Part shown: positions 22,601-32,580 of the stretch, piece after piece
Layout of the letters: every line of letters starts with the position of its first letter
How positions within the stretch are numbered: position 1 is the stretch's first letter
From: Coleofasciculus sp. B1-GNL1-01
GTDB lineage: Bacteria > Cyanobacteriota > Cyanobacteriia > Cyanobacteriales > Coleofasciculaceae
Direction: 5' to 3' (one strand)
Assembly (NCBI GenBank): GCA_040220235.1
Contig: JAVJTO010000123.1
Length of the DNA: 64,000 nt
Position numbers and translations under genes: made by a program
The notes under the pieces: generated by a model
What the model saw: only the letters and a program-made list of their open reading frames with translations
What the model was told of the DNA's origin: nothing
Database searches by the model: none

Positions 22601-25600
22601 ACCTGATGTATCTCGGATACTGATCTCACTATTCTCTCCACTGGTTAGCCAGAGATTCCCTTCTGGACTAAAGGCGATACTTTTAATATCTCCTGCATCT
22701 GTTTTAAATCGGGCAGTTTGTTGACCCAAATTATTCCAAAATTTTACAGTATCGTCTCCTGCAATAGTTGCCATTGTCTTGCCATCAGGACTAAAAACTG
22801 CACTCGTAGCGGTTATCCTTTGATTACTGGCTTCAATTGGTGGTATTTCTACAATAGGCTTGTCAAAAATCCGTTTGATGAATGACTGCCAAGTTCTATC
22901 GTGTAGCCTTATCGTACTATCTTCACCAATGGTGGCTAACCAGTTTTTATCTTCACTGAAGGCGATATCGTAGACAAGGGTTTGTTCTGTTTGAATTTCC
23001 TGCGGCGTTGGGTTGGCGAGGGTAGCTGTTCTACCATTCGTTTGAATTGTCCATAGTTTAATTGTGCCGCCATCACCACTGGTTGCCAATTTCCCGTCAG
23101 GGGTGAAGGCTAAGCTATAGACATTTCTTTTATCAGTGGGAAATTCTCCCAGTTTGTTGCCTGAGATGTCCCATAATCTGACAGTATTGTTTTGTCCAAC
23201 AGTGGCGATAATATTCTTATTAGGACTGAATGCTATGTCTTTAATAGGTACTGTGAGTTGGTTGTTTTGAGTAGGTACTGTGAGTTGATTTTTTTGACGA
23301 GTTGCTGTCTGTTGGTTGTTTGGAAGTTGACCTTCTTGACCCAGTGGTGTGTTGGCGATATTTCTTGGGATACACTTACCCTGTTTAATATCCCATAGAT
23401 TAACGGTGGTGGTTGGATTGTTCTGAGCGTCTTTTCTCTCTATAAGGGTTGCCAATAGCTTATTGTCATGACTAAAGGCTACACCAGAGATATTCCCTAG
23501 GTTAGCACCAGAAGGATTGGCTGGGTTAGTTCCAGAAGTATTGGTTGGATTAGCTTCAGAAGTATTGGTTGGGTTAGTTCCAGAAGAATTGGCTTGGTTC
23601 GCAATTGAACAGATTGTATTGTTTGAATTGTAATCTACGATGCCATCTTTTTTCAGATTCCACAGCTTAACTGTACCATTTCCGCCCCCCGTTGCTAATC
23701 GTTTGCCATCTTGACTGAATGCTACACTATAGAGCCGAGTTTGACCTGTTGAGAATTGGTCAACTTGATTGCCTGATTTATCCCAAAGTCGAATTGTGTC
23801 GCCATCACCAATGGTTACCAATTGGTTAGTTTTCGGATTGAAAGATACCTGCTCAAACGTCGCGCGATCGCTCTCTATGCGGTTGCGTTCTTTTACCGTA
23901 TAAAAAGCCTTGTACATTGTTTCTTGAACTTCGGCTAACGCGGTATCAGGTGAGGGAAGCCACAGCAGTGGGTGTTTAGAAATCTTGACTGCCCGTAAAA
24001 TATCGAGAAAGGCGCGGATATCGCGATCGGATTTTAAATTGCCTTCTGCGGATTCTCTCCACGCCAGCATTTCTTCAATTTTCGCCTGTCTTTGTCCCCA
24101 AACTGCAACAATGGTTAAAATGGATAATCCTGCGCCTATCAAAGCAAAAGAACACCAAACCCGATACGTATTTCTCCCTTTGTGGATGACACTTTCCCGT
24201 ACAAACTCATCTTCGGTTTTATTGAACCAATTGTCTTGGGAATCCAGGAATAAATCCAACTGAGCCAGTCGAGGATCATTGTGCCAAAGGTAATTTTTTG
24301 AGAGCCCACTGGATTGCTGTTTAGCTAGACGAGCCTTTTTAACCTTGCGGATTGGATGCTGGGCTTGAGCAATGAGAAAAGCTTCAACTTTTTCCAAGCA
24401 ATAAAAAAAGTATTTTATTCTAAATTTAGCTTTAGTTTTGCTATCTTTTTCTGGCTGATTGATTTCATGCCAATCATTCGCTACAGGAGTTAACTTGCGT
24501 TGTAAAATTAAATTTTCTTCCTGTTCATTTTTCCACTTCTGCAATTGAGCCCAGTTTTGTACTAAAGCATCATGTGCTGGCTCAACATAGGATTTACCTT
24601 CAGAATTCGTTCCCTGAACCAATAAACGTACCTCACAAAATTTGTCAATCACATTTTCCGCACGTTGATGTTCTGCCTCATCTGGATACTCTAGTTCCGA
24701 TAAAAGTACCCGACGGCGAGCTTCATCACCCACAGCAACCATCCGTAGCATCACCTGACGCACTGTTTTTTCGTAGGCTTTATCTTTTTTAACCAGAGTT
24801 TTATACTCCTCATCGGCACGCTTGGTTACAGAACCAATGACTTTTCCTAATGCTTTATAATCCGCATCAGTTAAGGCTCGGTTTTCTCTTCTTTCTTTCA
24901 CAGACTTCAGGTATAATTCACTGAGCGTGAAGGAAAGTAAGGGTAATCCTCCTGGCATCTGTACAACTTCGTTAATCAGATCATCAACCAGACTGGGAGG
25001 CTCAAAATATAATACTTTTTCCGATGCAGGTTTTTCAATGACTTCCCGCAATTCATCCTGAGTCATCGGTGGCACGACAAACCTGGCATTTTCCCAGAAT
25101 TCTTTGAGGATACCCTCTTGAAACTGTGCTTCAAAGTCAAGCCGCAATGTAACCACGACATCGAAGCAATCTGGACATTGTTTAATCGCTTCTTTGAGGA
25201 GTTCCTGGAATTGCTGTTGTTCTGTGTGACTATCACCCGTTTTGTTTTCTGGGTTACTATCACTTTGACTAAGAGTTGCCAACTCTTCAAACTGGTCAAT
25301 GACTAGCAATAATTGGTCGTTTGGATACCTTTTATGCCAGTCTTTAATCCAAATTACTAGAGCTTGTGAGTCTTTGGCAAACTCTTCAGCTATTTGAGTT
25401 GCATTTTGACTCGTTTTATCGGGAGTTGGCAAAACCTTTGCCAAAGCAGTTAGGGGACTGTCCCCCACGCGCATCTCTAAAATTTTATACTTATGATCCG
25501 CCACCAGACGCGGTAATAATCCAGCTTTCATTAAGCTGGATTTCCCAGTGCCAGAAACCCCTAAGATGACGGTGAAGGCTTGCTCTTCAGAAGCAACGTG

Positions 25601-26632
25601 AGCGCAAAGTTTATCGATTAGTTTGCTTCTGCCGTAGAATAATTTACTATCTTTTTGGTCATAGGATTCCAATCCTCGGTAGGGATTATTTTCTAGATTA
25701 AGGGGTGGTGCATCCTCTAAATTATCTCGGTTAAATCCGGGCAAAAGGAAAAAGAATTCTCCTTTTTGATGTTTTTTCAGCGGACACAATCCTGGGGTTT
25801 GGCGCTGGTAATGTTCTTCTGTGGTTGTCTCAACTTTTTCCCGTAGGTAATAATGAATCTCAGTCGCCGTGAGGATGTGATCTTGATTGAGATCAAAATT
25901 CAGATTAGAATTTTCATCAGTGGTTCCCTGTAAAGCCTCAAACAGAGCTTGAGCAAAGGGAGAATGTTTGCCATCTGAGGTTTTACCGCGTCGCGCCAAG
26001 GAATCCAAGGCTTTTTGATCGTCTGCGGCTGAGGTGATGACTTGCCATGCGCGATCGCTAATGAAGCGATCAAAACGTTCTTTATAGATTTTGACTCTCG
26101 GCTCAAGATCGCGACTGAGGCTTGCCCAGCGAAATGCTCCAGCAAAACAGCAGTCTAGAATGGTTAGCAAATGCCGACAGGGAAGTTCGAGTAAAGCATC
26201 GTGTAACTCCTGCATGGGTAAGTACGTGTTGTTTTGGTCTAAGATGGCATCTTGAGGAATCAGGTAGCCTGCTGGTCCATCCTGACTTTCTAGAGCATCT
26301 GAGGCAATTCCATGTCCAGCGAAGTAGAAAAGGATGCGATCGTCTTCACTAACATCTACTTTCCCTTGAGGAAGCGTTATTTGTTTACGTTTAAAGTCCT
26401 CAAGAAGTTGTTTGAATTTGTCAAGGGTTGCATCTTCGTTTAACAAAAGCAAAACTTCATACTTTTGTTGCTTTTGATACTTTTCAGTAAGCCGCTCATG
26501 TTGTTCTTTGAGAATGCGGGCAAGTTCTTCAGCATCAGGAGCGGCAGTCTGTAGGGGTGGGATGCGATTGTGATAGGTATTGATTCCGATAACGATAGCA
26601 AAATTCCGCTGAAAATTTTTCGATTTCGGCAT
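19628..26632 (-). CDS. Caspase-like peptidase (C14) + STAND NTPase + TM helix + WD40 repeats + LivJ-type solute-binding domain
   Basis: FAGHG and LDCCFAG dyad. GVSGTGKSS and LVIDQFEE. TM FALIGAGLSILTIVAVW. Many AFSPDG…V(K/R)LWD repeats. LRGVAQAQ…DDPK…GVVGHFAS…YDAT…GATG. Likely start MPKSKN at 26632. Confidence 0.9.
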   Translation of the reverse strand: MPKSKNFQRNFAIVIGINTYHNRIPPLQTAAPDAEELARILKEQHERLTEKYQKQQKYEVLLLLNEDATLDKFKQLLEDFKRKQITLPQGKVDVSEDDRILFYFAGHGIASDALESQDGPAGYLIPQDAILDQNNTYLPMQELHDALLELPCRHLLTILDCCFAGAFRWASLSRDLEPRVKIYKERFDRFISDRAWQVITSAADDQKALDSLARRGKTSDGKHSPFAQALFEALQGTTDENSNLNFDLNQDHILTATEIHYYLREKVETTTEEHYQRQTPGLCPLKKHQKGEFFFLLPGFNRDNLEDAPPLNLENNPYRGLESYDQKDSKLFYGRSKLIDKLCAHVASEEQAFTVILGVSGTGKSSLMKAGLLPRLVADHKYKILEMRVGDSPLTALAKVLPTPDKTSQNATQIAEEFAKDSQALVIWIKDWHKRYPNDQLLLVIDQFEELATLSQSDSNPENKTGDSHTEQQQFQELLKEAIKQCPDCFDVVVTLRLDFEAQFQEGILKEFWENARFVVPPMTQDELREVIEKPASEKVLYFEPPSLVDDLINEVVQMPGGLPLLSFTLSELYLKSVKERRENRALTDADYKALGKVIGSVTKRADEEYKTLVKKDKAYEKTVRQVMLRMVAVGDEARRRVLLSELEYPDEAEHQRAENVIDKFCEVRLLVQGTNSEGKSYVEPAHDALVQNWAQLQKWKNEQEENLILQRKLTPVANDWHEINQPEKDSKTKAKFRIKYFFYCLEKVEAFLIAQAQHPIRKVKKARLAKQQSSGLSKNYLWHNDPRLAQLDLFLDSQDNWFNKTEDEFVRESVIHKGRNTYRVWCSFALIGAGLSILTIVAVWGQRQAKIEEMLAWRESAEGNLKSDRDIRAFLDILRAVKISKHPLLWLPSPDTALAEVQETMYKAFYTVKERNRIESDRATFEQVSFNPKTNQLVTIGDGDTIRLWDKSGNQVDQFSTGQTRLYSVAFSQDGKRLATGGGNGTVKLWNLKKDGIVDYNSNNTICSIANQANSSGTNPTNTSEANPTNTSGTNPANPSGANLGNISGVAFSHDNKLLATLIERKDAQNNPTTTVNLWDIKQGKCIPRNIANTPLGQEGQLPNNQQTATRQKNQLTVPTQNNQLTVPIKDIAFSPNKNIIATVGQNNTVRLWDISGNKLGEFPTDKRNVYSLAFTPDGKLATSGDGGTIKLWTIQTNGRTATLANPTPQEIQTEQTLVYDIAFSEDKNWLATIGEDSTIRLHDRTWQSFIKRIFDKPIVEIPPIEASNQRITATSAVFSPDGKTMATIAGDDTVKFWNNLGQQTARFKTDAGDIKSIAFSPEGNLWLTSGENSEISIRDTSGEEIDTISLPDMPVCDEENNNTDENTESLPNPITQIVFAFIDTNDGTEPDEDNWRYNKLEDDEYAGMMTIFEDGTTRFFPLHEGDFKKTASGKHCTESFPKDLGLIKGLASSPDGEHLVTVGKDGDTINLWDEESDQFQQLPIPKTDNETFTSVAFSPDEKRLAIASASAAEDETGLVRIWDITQNAIVEQFDTGQGQLYSVAFSPLDSRQLVTGGGDGTVKVWDISSNRPAQFSTTQGTIQRMEFSPSQELLATISKNNQLNLWNVREDGTVSLNPATEIVQQQQGGVKNVTFSPDGETLIIVGNDDTIKFWTISTNQIKSFATQQQQIQSLAASPNKRKLATIGSNGKLKLWQIQNDTLNPIDISNSQLSRTQINGLAFSPDGKQLATAQGNILNLWTVSWGKLSNQSVDQFQTQQPIQSVAFSPNNKKIATAGNQGLLKLWDTKGNLLDQIPTQQTSITRLVFSPNSNIIATIGQNGTLNLWDTSDKSEAKLSLISTHQAQGVANVAFSQDGKFLAIGRNNGSIELRQIGNVDALKAGICNTIGDYFQNNPNRQLCGGIAVSTQRILSRGGDKLLVPSLTNRDKQAGVQGIAAGAFPTAIDELTTSLRENRNDPEALIYLNNARIGTQKSYTIAVSVPLGNTVNHGLEVLRGVAQAQDEINREGGINGVFLRVLIANDNNDPKVGKQIAQELSKNPDVLGVVGHFASDVTLAAGKVYQAQKLAAISPVSTSTQWFKPRWYSDQYRFRTAPDDNTTATTLAKSMLNKLQEKNAVVFYNSQSQYSQSLKSAFGDAVRSAGGQVLQDFDLSDLNFDAQQTVQESTQQGAKVLVLLLDREEIDDAIEIIKQKRGNQIILGGDAFYGTKLLEVAQDEENVKDMMIAVPWHISNSQSNFAETSRKLWWADVSWRTALSYDATQALIAALKQNPTRQGVAETLRSESFSVDGATGKVQFLPSGDRKNQLTNPLSQLVTIEPGSRSGYGYDFVAVP

Positions 26633-26861
26633 GGGTACAGCCCTCTGATAAGAATGCCAATAAATTAAGATTTGCCCACGGATATCACACCCGTTACGGA
26701 TAAAATAAACACCTGTGGGATCTGTGTAGGGGCGAGCCGCTTGCACTAATTAGAAACTCTATTTCACTCAATTTGCTCGGCTCGCCCTCTAACGTATCAT
26801 TCTGAGCTTGGGAATGGTGCGTTACGCTTCGCTAACGCACCCTACATTTGGTTACATTTGG

Positions 26862-29800
26862 CTACCTTTGGGTTACCATTAAATTTGGCAAGATGTGAGA
26901 TTTAGACTCTTGCGTCAAAGTTGTCAGTAAAGCCTTTAAGCCTTCTGGATGATTGAAATACGTCAAGTGATCACAAGCGACTTCTTGGATAAAGGGAGAA
27001 ACACTCCATCCATCTGGAAGAGACTTAATGCTATGCACCGTTACGGCTATATCATTCGGTTCACCCAAGAACGGTAAAGCAACGGCTTTATCAAATAGCT
27101 TTTTCATTAACCGTTTGAGCAGAGTCGCTTTTTCCCCGTCTTCCTGCAACGCTGCTGGACTAATCGATGTATTCCCGGCAATAATGGAATAGGGAATACC
27201 TGGATCGTTACTGGTAGCTAGAGCCTGAATAAATTGAGAGTTGGGCTGCATTTGATCGAGCGCTACCTCAACGGTGTTCATCATCGCCTCACTCAGACTA
27301 CCCAGCGCTTTCACTGGCAATGGTGTTTGGGAAAGACTATTTATACCTACAGCCATAACCATTGTTGCCCATTCTTTCACCGTTGCCCAAGGAGAACCAG
27401 CATTTGGTGTCCCCAACATAATCAAATGTTGGACAACTTTATTGCCTCCCTCTTGTTCAATAAACCAACGGGACACTAATCCGCCCATAGAATGGGCAAC
27501 AATGTGCAGAACTTTACCATGGTTGGCTCCTAAACCGACAGCTTCCAGTTGCTTTTTCAACAATCGAGCATTCTCTTCAATTGGCGTGTTTAGGTTCTCA
27601 TAGTCAAAGGTTAGAACGAGATCGTAAAGCTCCCGAATAGAACGGTTGTTATCCTCTACTTTTAGGGTCTGTTGCAGGCTAGATACCAAACTTTTCGTAT
27701 CGCCAATAATCCCATGAATGTAGAGAACAATTCGCTCGGATTGGGCAACTCGCTTTTTAACCTCAGCGACATCGGTTTCATCCGTTACTTTCTGATCATC
27801 TCCGACTTCAGCTATGGCGAGGAGAGGATATTGAAATTCCAAACCTAGCTGCTCTCGCACCACTTTCTGAAAACAGATCCGAATCGCCCCTTTTAGATCG
27901 CGTTTTCCTTGACTCACGGGTTCTGGTAATCGCTCTAGCTCAATTTCTGTCTTGCCATTTTGAGTGGTTTTTCCTAAACCTAATGGCATAAAAAACTCAC
28001 CGTCATAGCCAATTGGCAAAACATATTCATTGTCCTGTAATGGAGTGTCAACAACTAATTTCAGCGGGGCATCAGGGGTAACAACTGTATGGTTTTCTAC
28101 ATTATCTAGTTCCAGGATACTCAACTCTGGAGCCGTGCCACGACTAACGGCAAATTTAAAGGATTGAGTCACATGGGGATCGTCTTGAAAGATAGGTGGC
28201 ACAATCTTATTTCCCACATCCCGACTTACCTGAGGTGCGGTGGTTAAACGCACATTAGCTTGTAAGCTAGGATGCGGCTGCAATTGGACACCTGTCTTTA
28301 ATTCTTGCGGTTTTTTACTAAAAACTTTAATCGCATCCAGGGGACGAACTGTGGTGATAACAACTTCCTCTGTGTACCAATTGTCAAACCTTCCTTTGCT
28401 TCTGGGTTCCAGATCACGACTTTGAACCCGATTCATCAAACGATCAAGAGTACTTTGATTCGGAGATGATACATCTCTTTTTGTCAGTCGAGGAGTGTCA
28501 AGCGCCTCCTGAGTCATTAACCGGGCGTCAAACTCAGTGGTGCTGACAATTAATTTCATGATATCTTTGAATTCGGTAATCCCCTGCTCCCATAACTCGT
28601 CTGGCACTTTGGGCGCTATACCACCGTATTCTTCTAGAACCACAACTTCCTCCTCCGGCTGAAGCCGCACACTACCTGTGTCAGAAAACAGGGCTTGAAC
28701 AGCGAAAAGGTCTGTAAGATCAACTAAGGTAAGGTAAAGTGTTTTCTTACTTGTATTAGTGAGTTTGAGGTTAAATGCAGGCTGTTCCCACTCACCGTAG
28801 CTGTCACTGTACTTGTATTCCAAACGAATTTCCTTGGATTGAGATAATTCCTCACCCTCCTCTGACAAGAACGTCATCTTTACATCATCCGGTTTTATTG
28901 AACTGGTAGGAGGACTGTGAAGTTTAACAATTGCATTCCATCGGGCAATATGTTCGAGGCGTTGAATTGCCTTTTCTGCATTCTCACTCGTATAGCCGTC
29001 AATTTGCTCTACTAGAGGGCGATCATCGGTGGGTCGAACAATTAAATATTGTTCATTACAGCACAGCAGGCGAAACTCTGCCTCAGCGAGTTCCTGTTCT
29101 TCACGCACATAGGCTGAGGGCTTGCCAAAACTTGCTGACTGCAAAGCTTGACGTGCTAAATTAACTCCCGCTTCTTCTCCCTGAAAATAAACGCCTAAAG
29201 GTGGTAGTGGTACGCTGGTAACAACGGCTTTAAACGTTCGCTCTTTGGTCAAGTTTTCAATACCGCTGATTTTCACCTTACTCAGCGATGGCAACACCTG
29301 AGTTACTTTAGCTTCACCAACAGATTGTGACGGATCATGCAAGTCTTGACAATCAAGTGGAAACAGGGTTAGGAGAGTTGTTTCCCCTTTAGCAGAACCT
29401 TTAACACCGTGGACAGCCCCCCCATCAATCACCCAACCATGGTCTTTGGTATACTGAACTGTGAAGTAGGGTTTACGTTCTGCGATCGCACCATCTAGGA
29501 AAAATCGGGTTTCATCCTCTGGATGGGTTACTTCAAACTGAGGGGATTGAGCTGAAACCTTGCTGCGGACTAAGGCATTGGCTTGCTTAAATAAGTCCCG
29601 ATACGTCAACTTGCCATTGTTTCGCAAGGTTTCCATCAAGAGATAGGAAAAGGCTCCCTGCTGTTTGCCATCTACGGCGTCACTTGCTGTTTCGCAGTCC
29701 TGACAAGCGGCTAGGAGAATGTGGCGTCCTTTGGGTATCTTCCAACCACTCAGGTGATCTTTGGCGTCACCACGATTCACTGATAAACTTTCTAACTCTT

Positions 29801-30347
29801 TTGGTGAAAAGATGTAGCTATCCCGTGGGCGTTCGCGCTCATCTTTGCAGAAGCGACGCACCCCCGTTTCTTGCAACAAGTCTCTTGTTCCATTACCGGA
29901 ATGACAGCAATCCAAGATAATACAAATGTGGGGATTTTTCTCGGCAACTTTAGCAATCAAGTATGCCAATTCTTTATCCGCTAAACCCCAGCAACCTTCA
30001 GCACGACTGTCATAACAAACTAACGTTTCTTCCAGTCGGTCTGGCTCTAAATGCCAAAACTCTTTGGGCGTTTTTGCTTGAGAACCATGACCACTGTAGT
30101 AGAACAGAACAATATCTTCGCTTCCTGCTTGACACAAATGCTGTCGAAAGCCATCAATAATTGCTTTACGGGTAGCCTCTTGGTTTAAGAGCTTGCGTAT
30201 ATGAGGCTTGTATCCGTCTGGTTGAGCAATCCGCTCTTTCAAGTACTCTTCTACGGCATTAATGTCATTCACACAGCCAGATAAGCTAGAGATGGGTTTA
30301 GGGTATTCGTTAATTCCCACTAGCAGCGCATAAAGATGGCGACTCAT
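26862..30347 (-). CDS. Caspase-like peptidase (C14) fused to a C-terminal alpha/beta-hydrolase (lipase-like)
   Basis: ALLVGINEY, YSGHGS, LDCCHSG. C-terminal YIHGIIG, AHSMGG nucleophile elbow, LGTPNAGS, NDIAV, CDHLTYF. Confidence 0.9.
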   Translation of the reverse strand: MSRHLYALLVGINEYPKPISSLSGCVNDINAVEEYLKERIAQPDGYKPHIRKLLNQEATRKAIIDGFRQHLCQAGSEDIVLFYYSGHGSQAKTPKEFWHLEPDRLEETLVCYDSRAEGCWGLADKELAYLIAKVAEKNPHICIILDCCHSGNGTRDLLQETGVRRFCKDERERPRDSYIFSPKELESLSVNRGDAKDHLSGWKIPKGRHILLAACQDCETASDAVDGKQQGAFSYLLMETLRNNGKLTYRDLFKQANALVRSKVSAQSPQFEVTHPEDETRFFLDGAIAERKPYFTVQYTKDHGWVIDGGAVHGVKGSAKGETTLLTLFPLDCQDLHDPSQSVGEAKVTQVLPSLSKVKISGIENLTKERTFKAVVTSVPLPPLGVYFQGEEAGVNLARQALQSASFGKPSAYVREEQELAEAEFRLLCCNEQYLIVRPTDDRPLVEQIDGYTSENAEKAIQRLEHIARWNAIVKLHSPPTSSIKPDDVKMTFLSEEGEELSQSKEIRLEYKYSDSYGEWEQPAFNLKLTNTSKKTLYLTLVDLTDLFAVQALFSDTGSVRLQPEEEVVVLEEYGGIAPKVPDELWEQGITEFKDIMKLIVSTTEFDARLMTQEALDTPRLTKRDVSSPNQSTLDRLMNRVQSRDLEPRSKGRFDNWYTEEVVITTVRPLDAIKVFSKKPQELKTGVQLQPHPSLQANVRLTTAPQVSRDVGNKIVPPIFQDDPHVTQSFKFAVSRGTAPELSILELDNVENHTVVTPDAPLKLVVDTPLQDNEYVLPIGYDGEFFMPLGLGKTTQNGKTEIELERLPEPVSQGKRDLKGAIRICFQKVVREQLGLEFQYPLLAIAEVGDDQKVTDETDVAEVKKRVAQSERIVLYIHGIIGDTKSLVSSLQQTLKVEDNNRSIRELYDLVLTFDYENLNTPIEENARLLKKQLEAVGLGANHGKVLHIVAHSMGGLVSRWFIEQEGGNKVVQHLIMLGTPNAGSPWATVKEWATMVMAVGINSLSQTPLPVKALGSLSEAMMNTVEVALDQMQPNSQFIQALATSNDPGIPYSIIAGNTSISPAALQEDGEKATLLKRLMKKLFDKAVALPFLGEPNDIAVTVHSIKSLPDGWSVSPFIQEVACDHLTYFNHPEGLKALLTTLTQESKSHILPNLMVTQR

Positions 30348-30753
30348 TTAAATTTCTCCTTATCAAAAATACAGAGTATTAGAAAAACACAAAAATTAGT
30401 GTTTTTGCTTAAACAAATGAATCAAGCTCGTATTTTTTTGTCTAGCTAATATTGCACCTCATTAGCCACTTAATTACTACAATAATTTAGAAAATCTCTA
30501 ACATCATGCTGCTTTGTGTAAACAAAATTGCTTAATTCTGTATTTTGTGTTTCTTTTTAATACAGTTGTCTTTGCAGAAATCTGCAAGACAGAAGACAAA
30601 AAAATAGGGTGACGCGCCAGTCGTGGCATAGTACACCTGATTTGATGAATTAAGCTTATGTCCGAAAACTGTAGGGGTGCAAAGCGTTGCGCCCGATTTA
30701 AGGGTAAAGTCTATTCTGATTAACCCTACCTATCGTTGGCAGTTCTCGATATC

Positions 30754-32493
30754 TCAAAAGGGTTGATAACGCAGGGAAAAGTAGAGTCCATTGTCTTGCA
30801 GCGAGTCCCCTTCGTCATCAACGTCAATTAACGGGATGCCATAGTCGAGACGTAACGATAAATCGGGTGTAATTAACCAGTTTAACCCCAGTCCCAAGCC
30901 AGCAATCGTGGCGGGTTCAAGGGTAATGCCTTGGTTATTCCAAACGGTGCCAATTTCAAAAAATGGGGAGAATTGGAGTATATTAGGATCTGAGGTCACA
31001 GGCAGGCGAACCTCCACAGCACCCATAATCCCATTATCGCCCACCCGTTGATTGTGGGAATAGCCTCTGACGGTATCCACACCGCCGATGGTGAAGCGTT
31101 CTAGGGGAAGTAAAGCATCGGGGGTGAGTTGGGTATTGATTCGGGCGACGAGTAAGGCGCGGGGGGATAATTGTTCAACCCATTGAAATTGTCCAATCCA
31201 GGTAAAAAATCGCCCATCAATGCCGATATCATTAATCGTGGCATCAAAGGCATCAATGCCAAAACTAAATTGCGATCGCGCGGCTAAGACTCGTCCAGGA
31301 CTACGATTGACCCAATCTTGATAAAATCGAATCACCGTTACTTTCGATTCCCCATCGTCGGGACCTTCGGAGAAGGAAAAGGGAATATCATCTAGGATAT
31401 AGGTTTGGCTGCGACGCAAGTCGAAGGCTACACCAATCCCTAATTCTCGTTCTGGGGTGTAGATCAGGGGTTGGCGGAAATTGGCGGAAAGGTTGCGGCT
31501 TTCGCCTCTAATCTTTATGTCCTCGAAGGGTTCTTCAATAATCTGGCTGTTGGTATTGCTGTAACTTAGGGTTAAAGTGCCATCGCGGGCATTGAGGGGT
31601 AGGGTATAGTTCAGGTTGTAGAGGTTGACTCCTGAGGTGATGCCGTAGGTGGCACTGATGCGATCGCCAAATCCTAAGAGGTTATTATGACTGGCGTTAA
31701 TACTATTCTGCACAGAACCCAGGCTGGAAGATTGGGTATTGGCGGTAGCTATACCAGCGCCAAAGGTGGGGGCTTCTTGGAGTTGGATTTGGAGGATATT
31801 TCGCCCTGGGGTACTTCCAGCAGTTAATTCAGCGTTGACTTGTTGGAAGAGGGGATTGAGTTGCAACAGTTGCAGGGTGGTTTCGAGGCGTTTTTGGTTT
31901 AAGGGGGGACGAGTAGCAAGTTCTAGGCGACGGCGGACATAGCCTTCTCGGAGGCGGTTTAATCCAGTGATTTCAATCTGTTCGACTTCCCCTTCGACGA
32001 CTTGGATTTGAACGTCACCTTGGCTAAGTTCTTGATTATTGACGAGGAAGGCGCCAGAGGTGACATAGCCGTTTTCAATGTAGAGTTGAGTGATTCTTGA
32101 GCGGAGGTTGAGTAAGTCCTCGAAGCTGGCTTCTTGGTTTTGATAGGGTTCGATTAAGGCGGTAATTTCTGGGTGTAAGACGGTATTGCCAAGAACTTCT
32201 ATGGTTTTGATCAAGATGCGATCGCGATCGCTTTCTGGGGAGGTAATATCTGGTGGGGGTTGGGAGGGTGGGGTTTGCAGTTGCGGTTGGGGAGGGGGTG
32301 TCGGGGGTTCTGAGGGGAAGGGTGAGGCGGGGGGTTGAGGTTGGATTTGTTCGATGGTTTCGGGTGTTTCTGGGGGAAGGGTGACGCCCGGTGGCGGTAG
32401 GGATTGGGCTAGGGTATTCTGGGTTAGGCAGGTTGAGAGAGTCAGGATCGAGATTGGTATAAGTATCCATCTTACTGTTGAATTGACCGTCAT
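30754..32493 (-). CDS. TpsB outer-membrane transporter (ShlB/FhaC/HecB family)
   Basis: Signal peptide, Pro-rich linker, POTRA (LYIENGYVTSGA…QVVEG), IGGVDTVRGY motif, C-terminal YQPF. Confidence 0.92.
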   Translation of the reverse strand: MTVNSTVRWILIPISILTLSTCLTQNTLAQSLPPPGVTLPPETPETIEQIQPQPPASPFPSEPPTPPPQPQLQTPPSQPPPDITSPESDRDRILIKTIEVLGNTVLHPEITALIEPYQNQEASFEDLLNLRSRITQLYIENGYVTSGAFLVNNQELSQGDVQIQVVEGEVEQIEITGLNRLREGYVRRRLELATRPPLNQKRLETTLQLLQLNPLFQQVNAELTAGSTPGRNILQIQLQEAPTFGAGIATANTQSSSLGSVQNSINASHNNLLGFGDRISATYGITSGVNLYNLNYTLPLNARDGTLTLSYSNTNSQIIEEPFEDIKIRGESRNLSANFRQPLIYTPERELGIGVAFDLRRSQTYILDDIPFSFSEGPDDGESKVTVIRFYQDWVNRSPGRVLAARSQFSFGIDAFDATINDIGIDGRFFTWIGQFQWVEQLSPRALLVARINTQLTPDALLPLERFTIGGVDTVRGYSHNQRVGDNGIMGAVEVRLPVTSDPNILQFSPFFEIGTVWNNQGITLEPATIAGLGLGLNWLITPDLSLRLDYGIPLIDVDDEGDSLQDNGLYFSLRYQPF

Positions 32494-32580
32494 AAAAGCC
32501 TCCTAATAAAAGGCGTCAGCTTCTGTATTCTTGTTTTTCCGTGGAATCGGGCAAAACGGTAACGGCGCGATCGCACTGAA

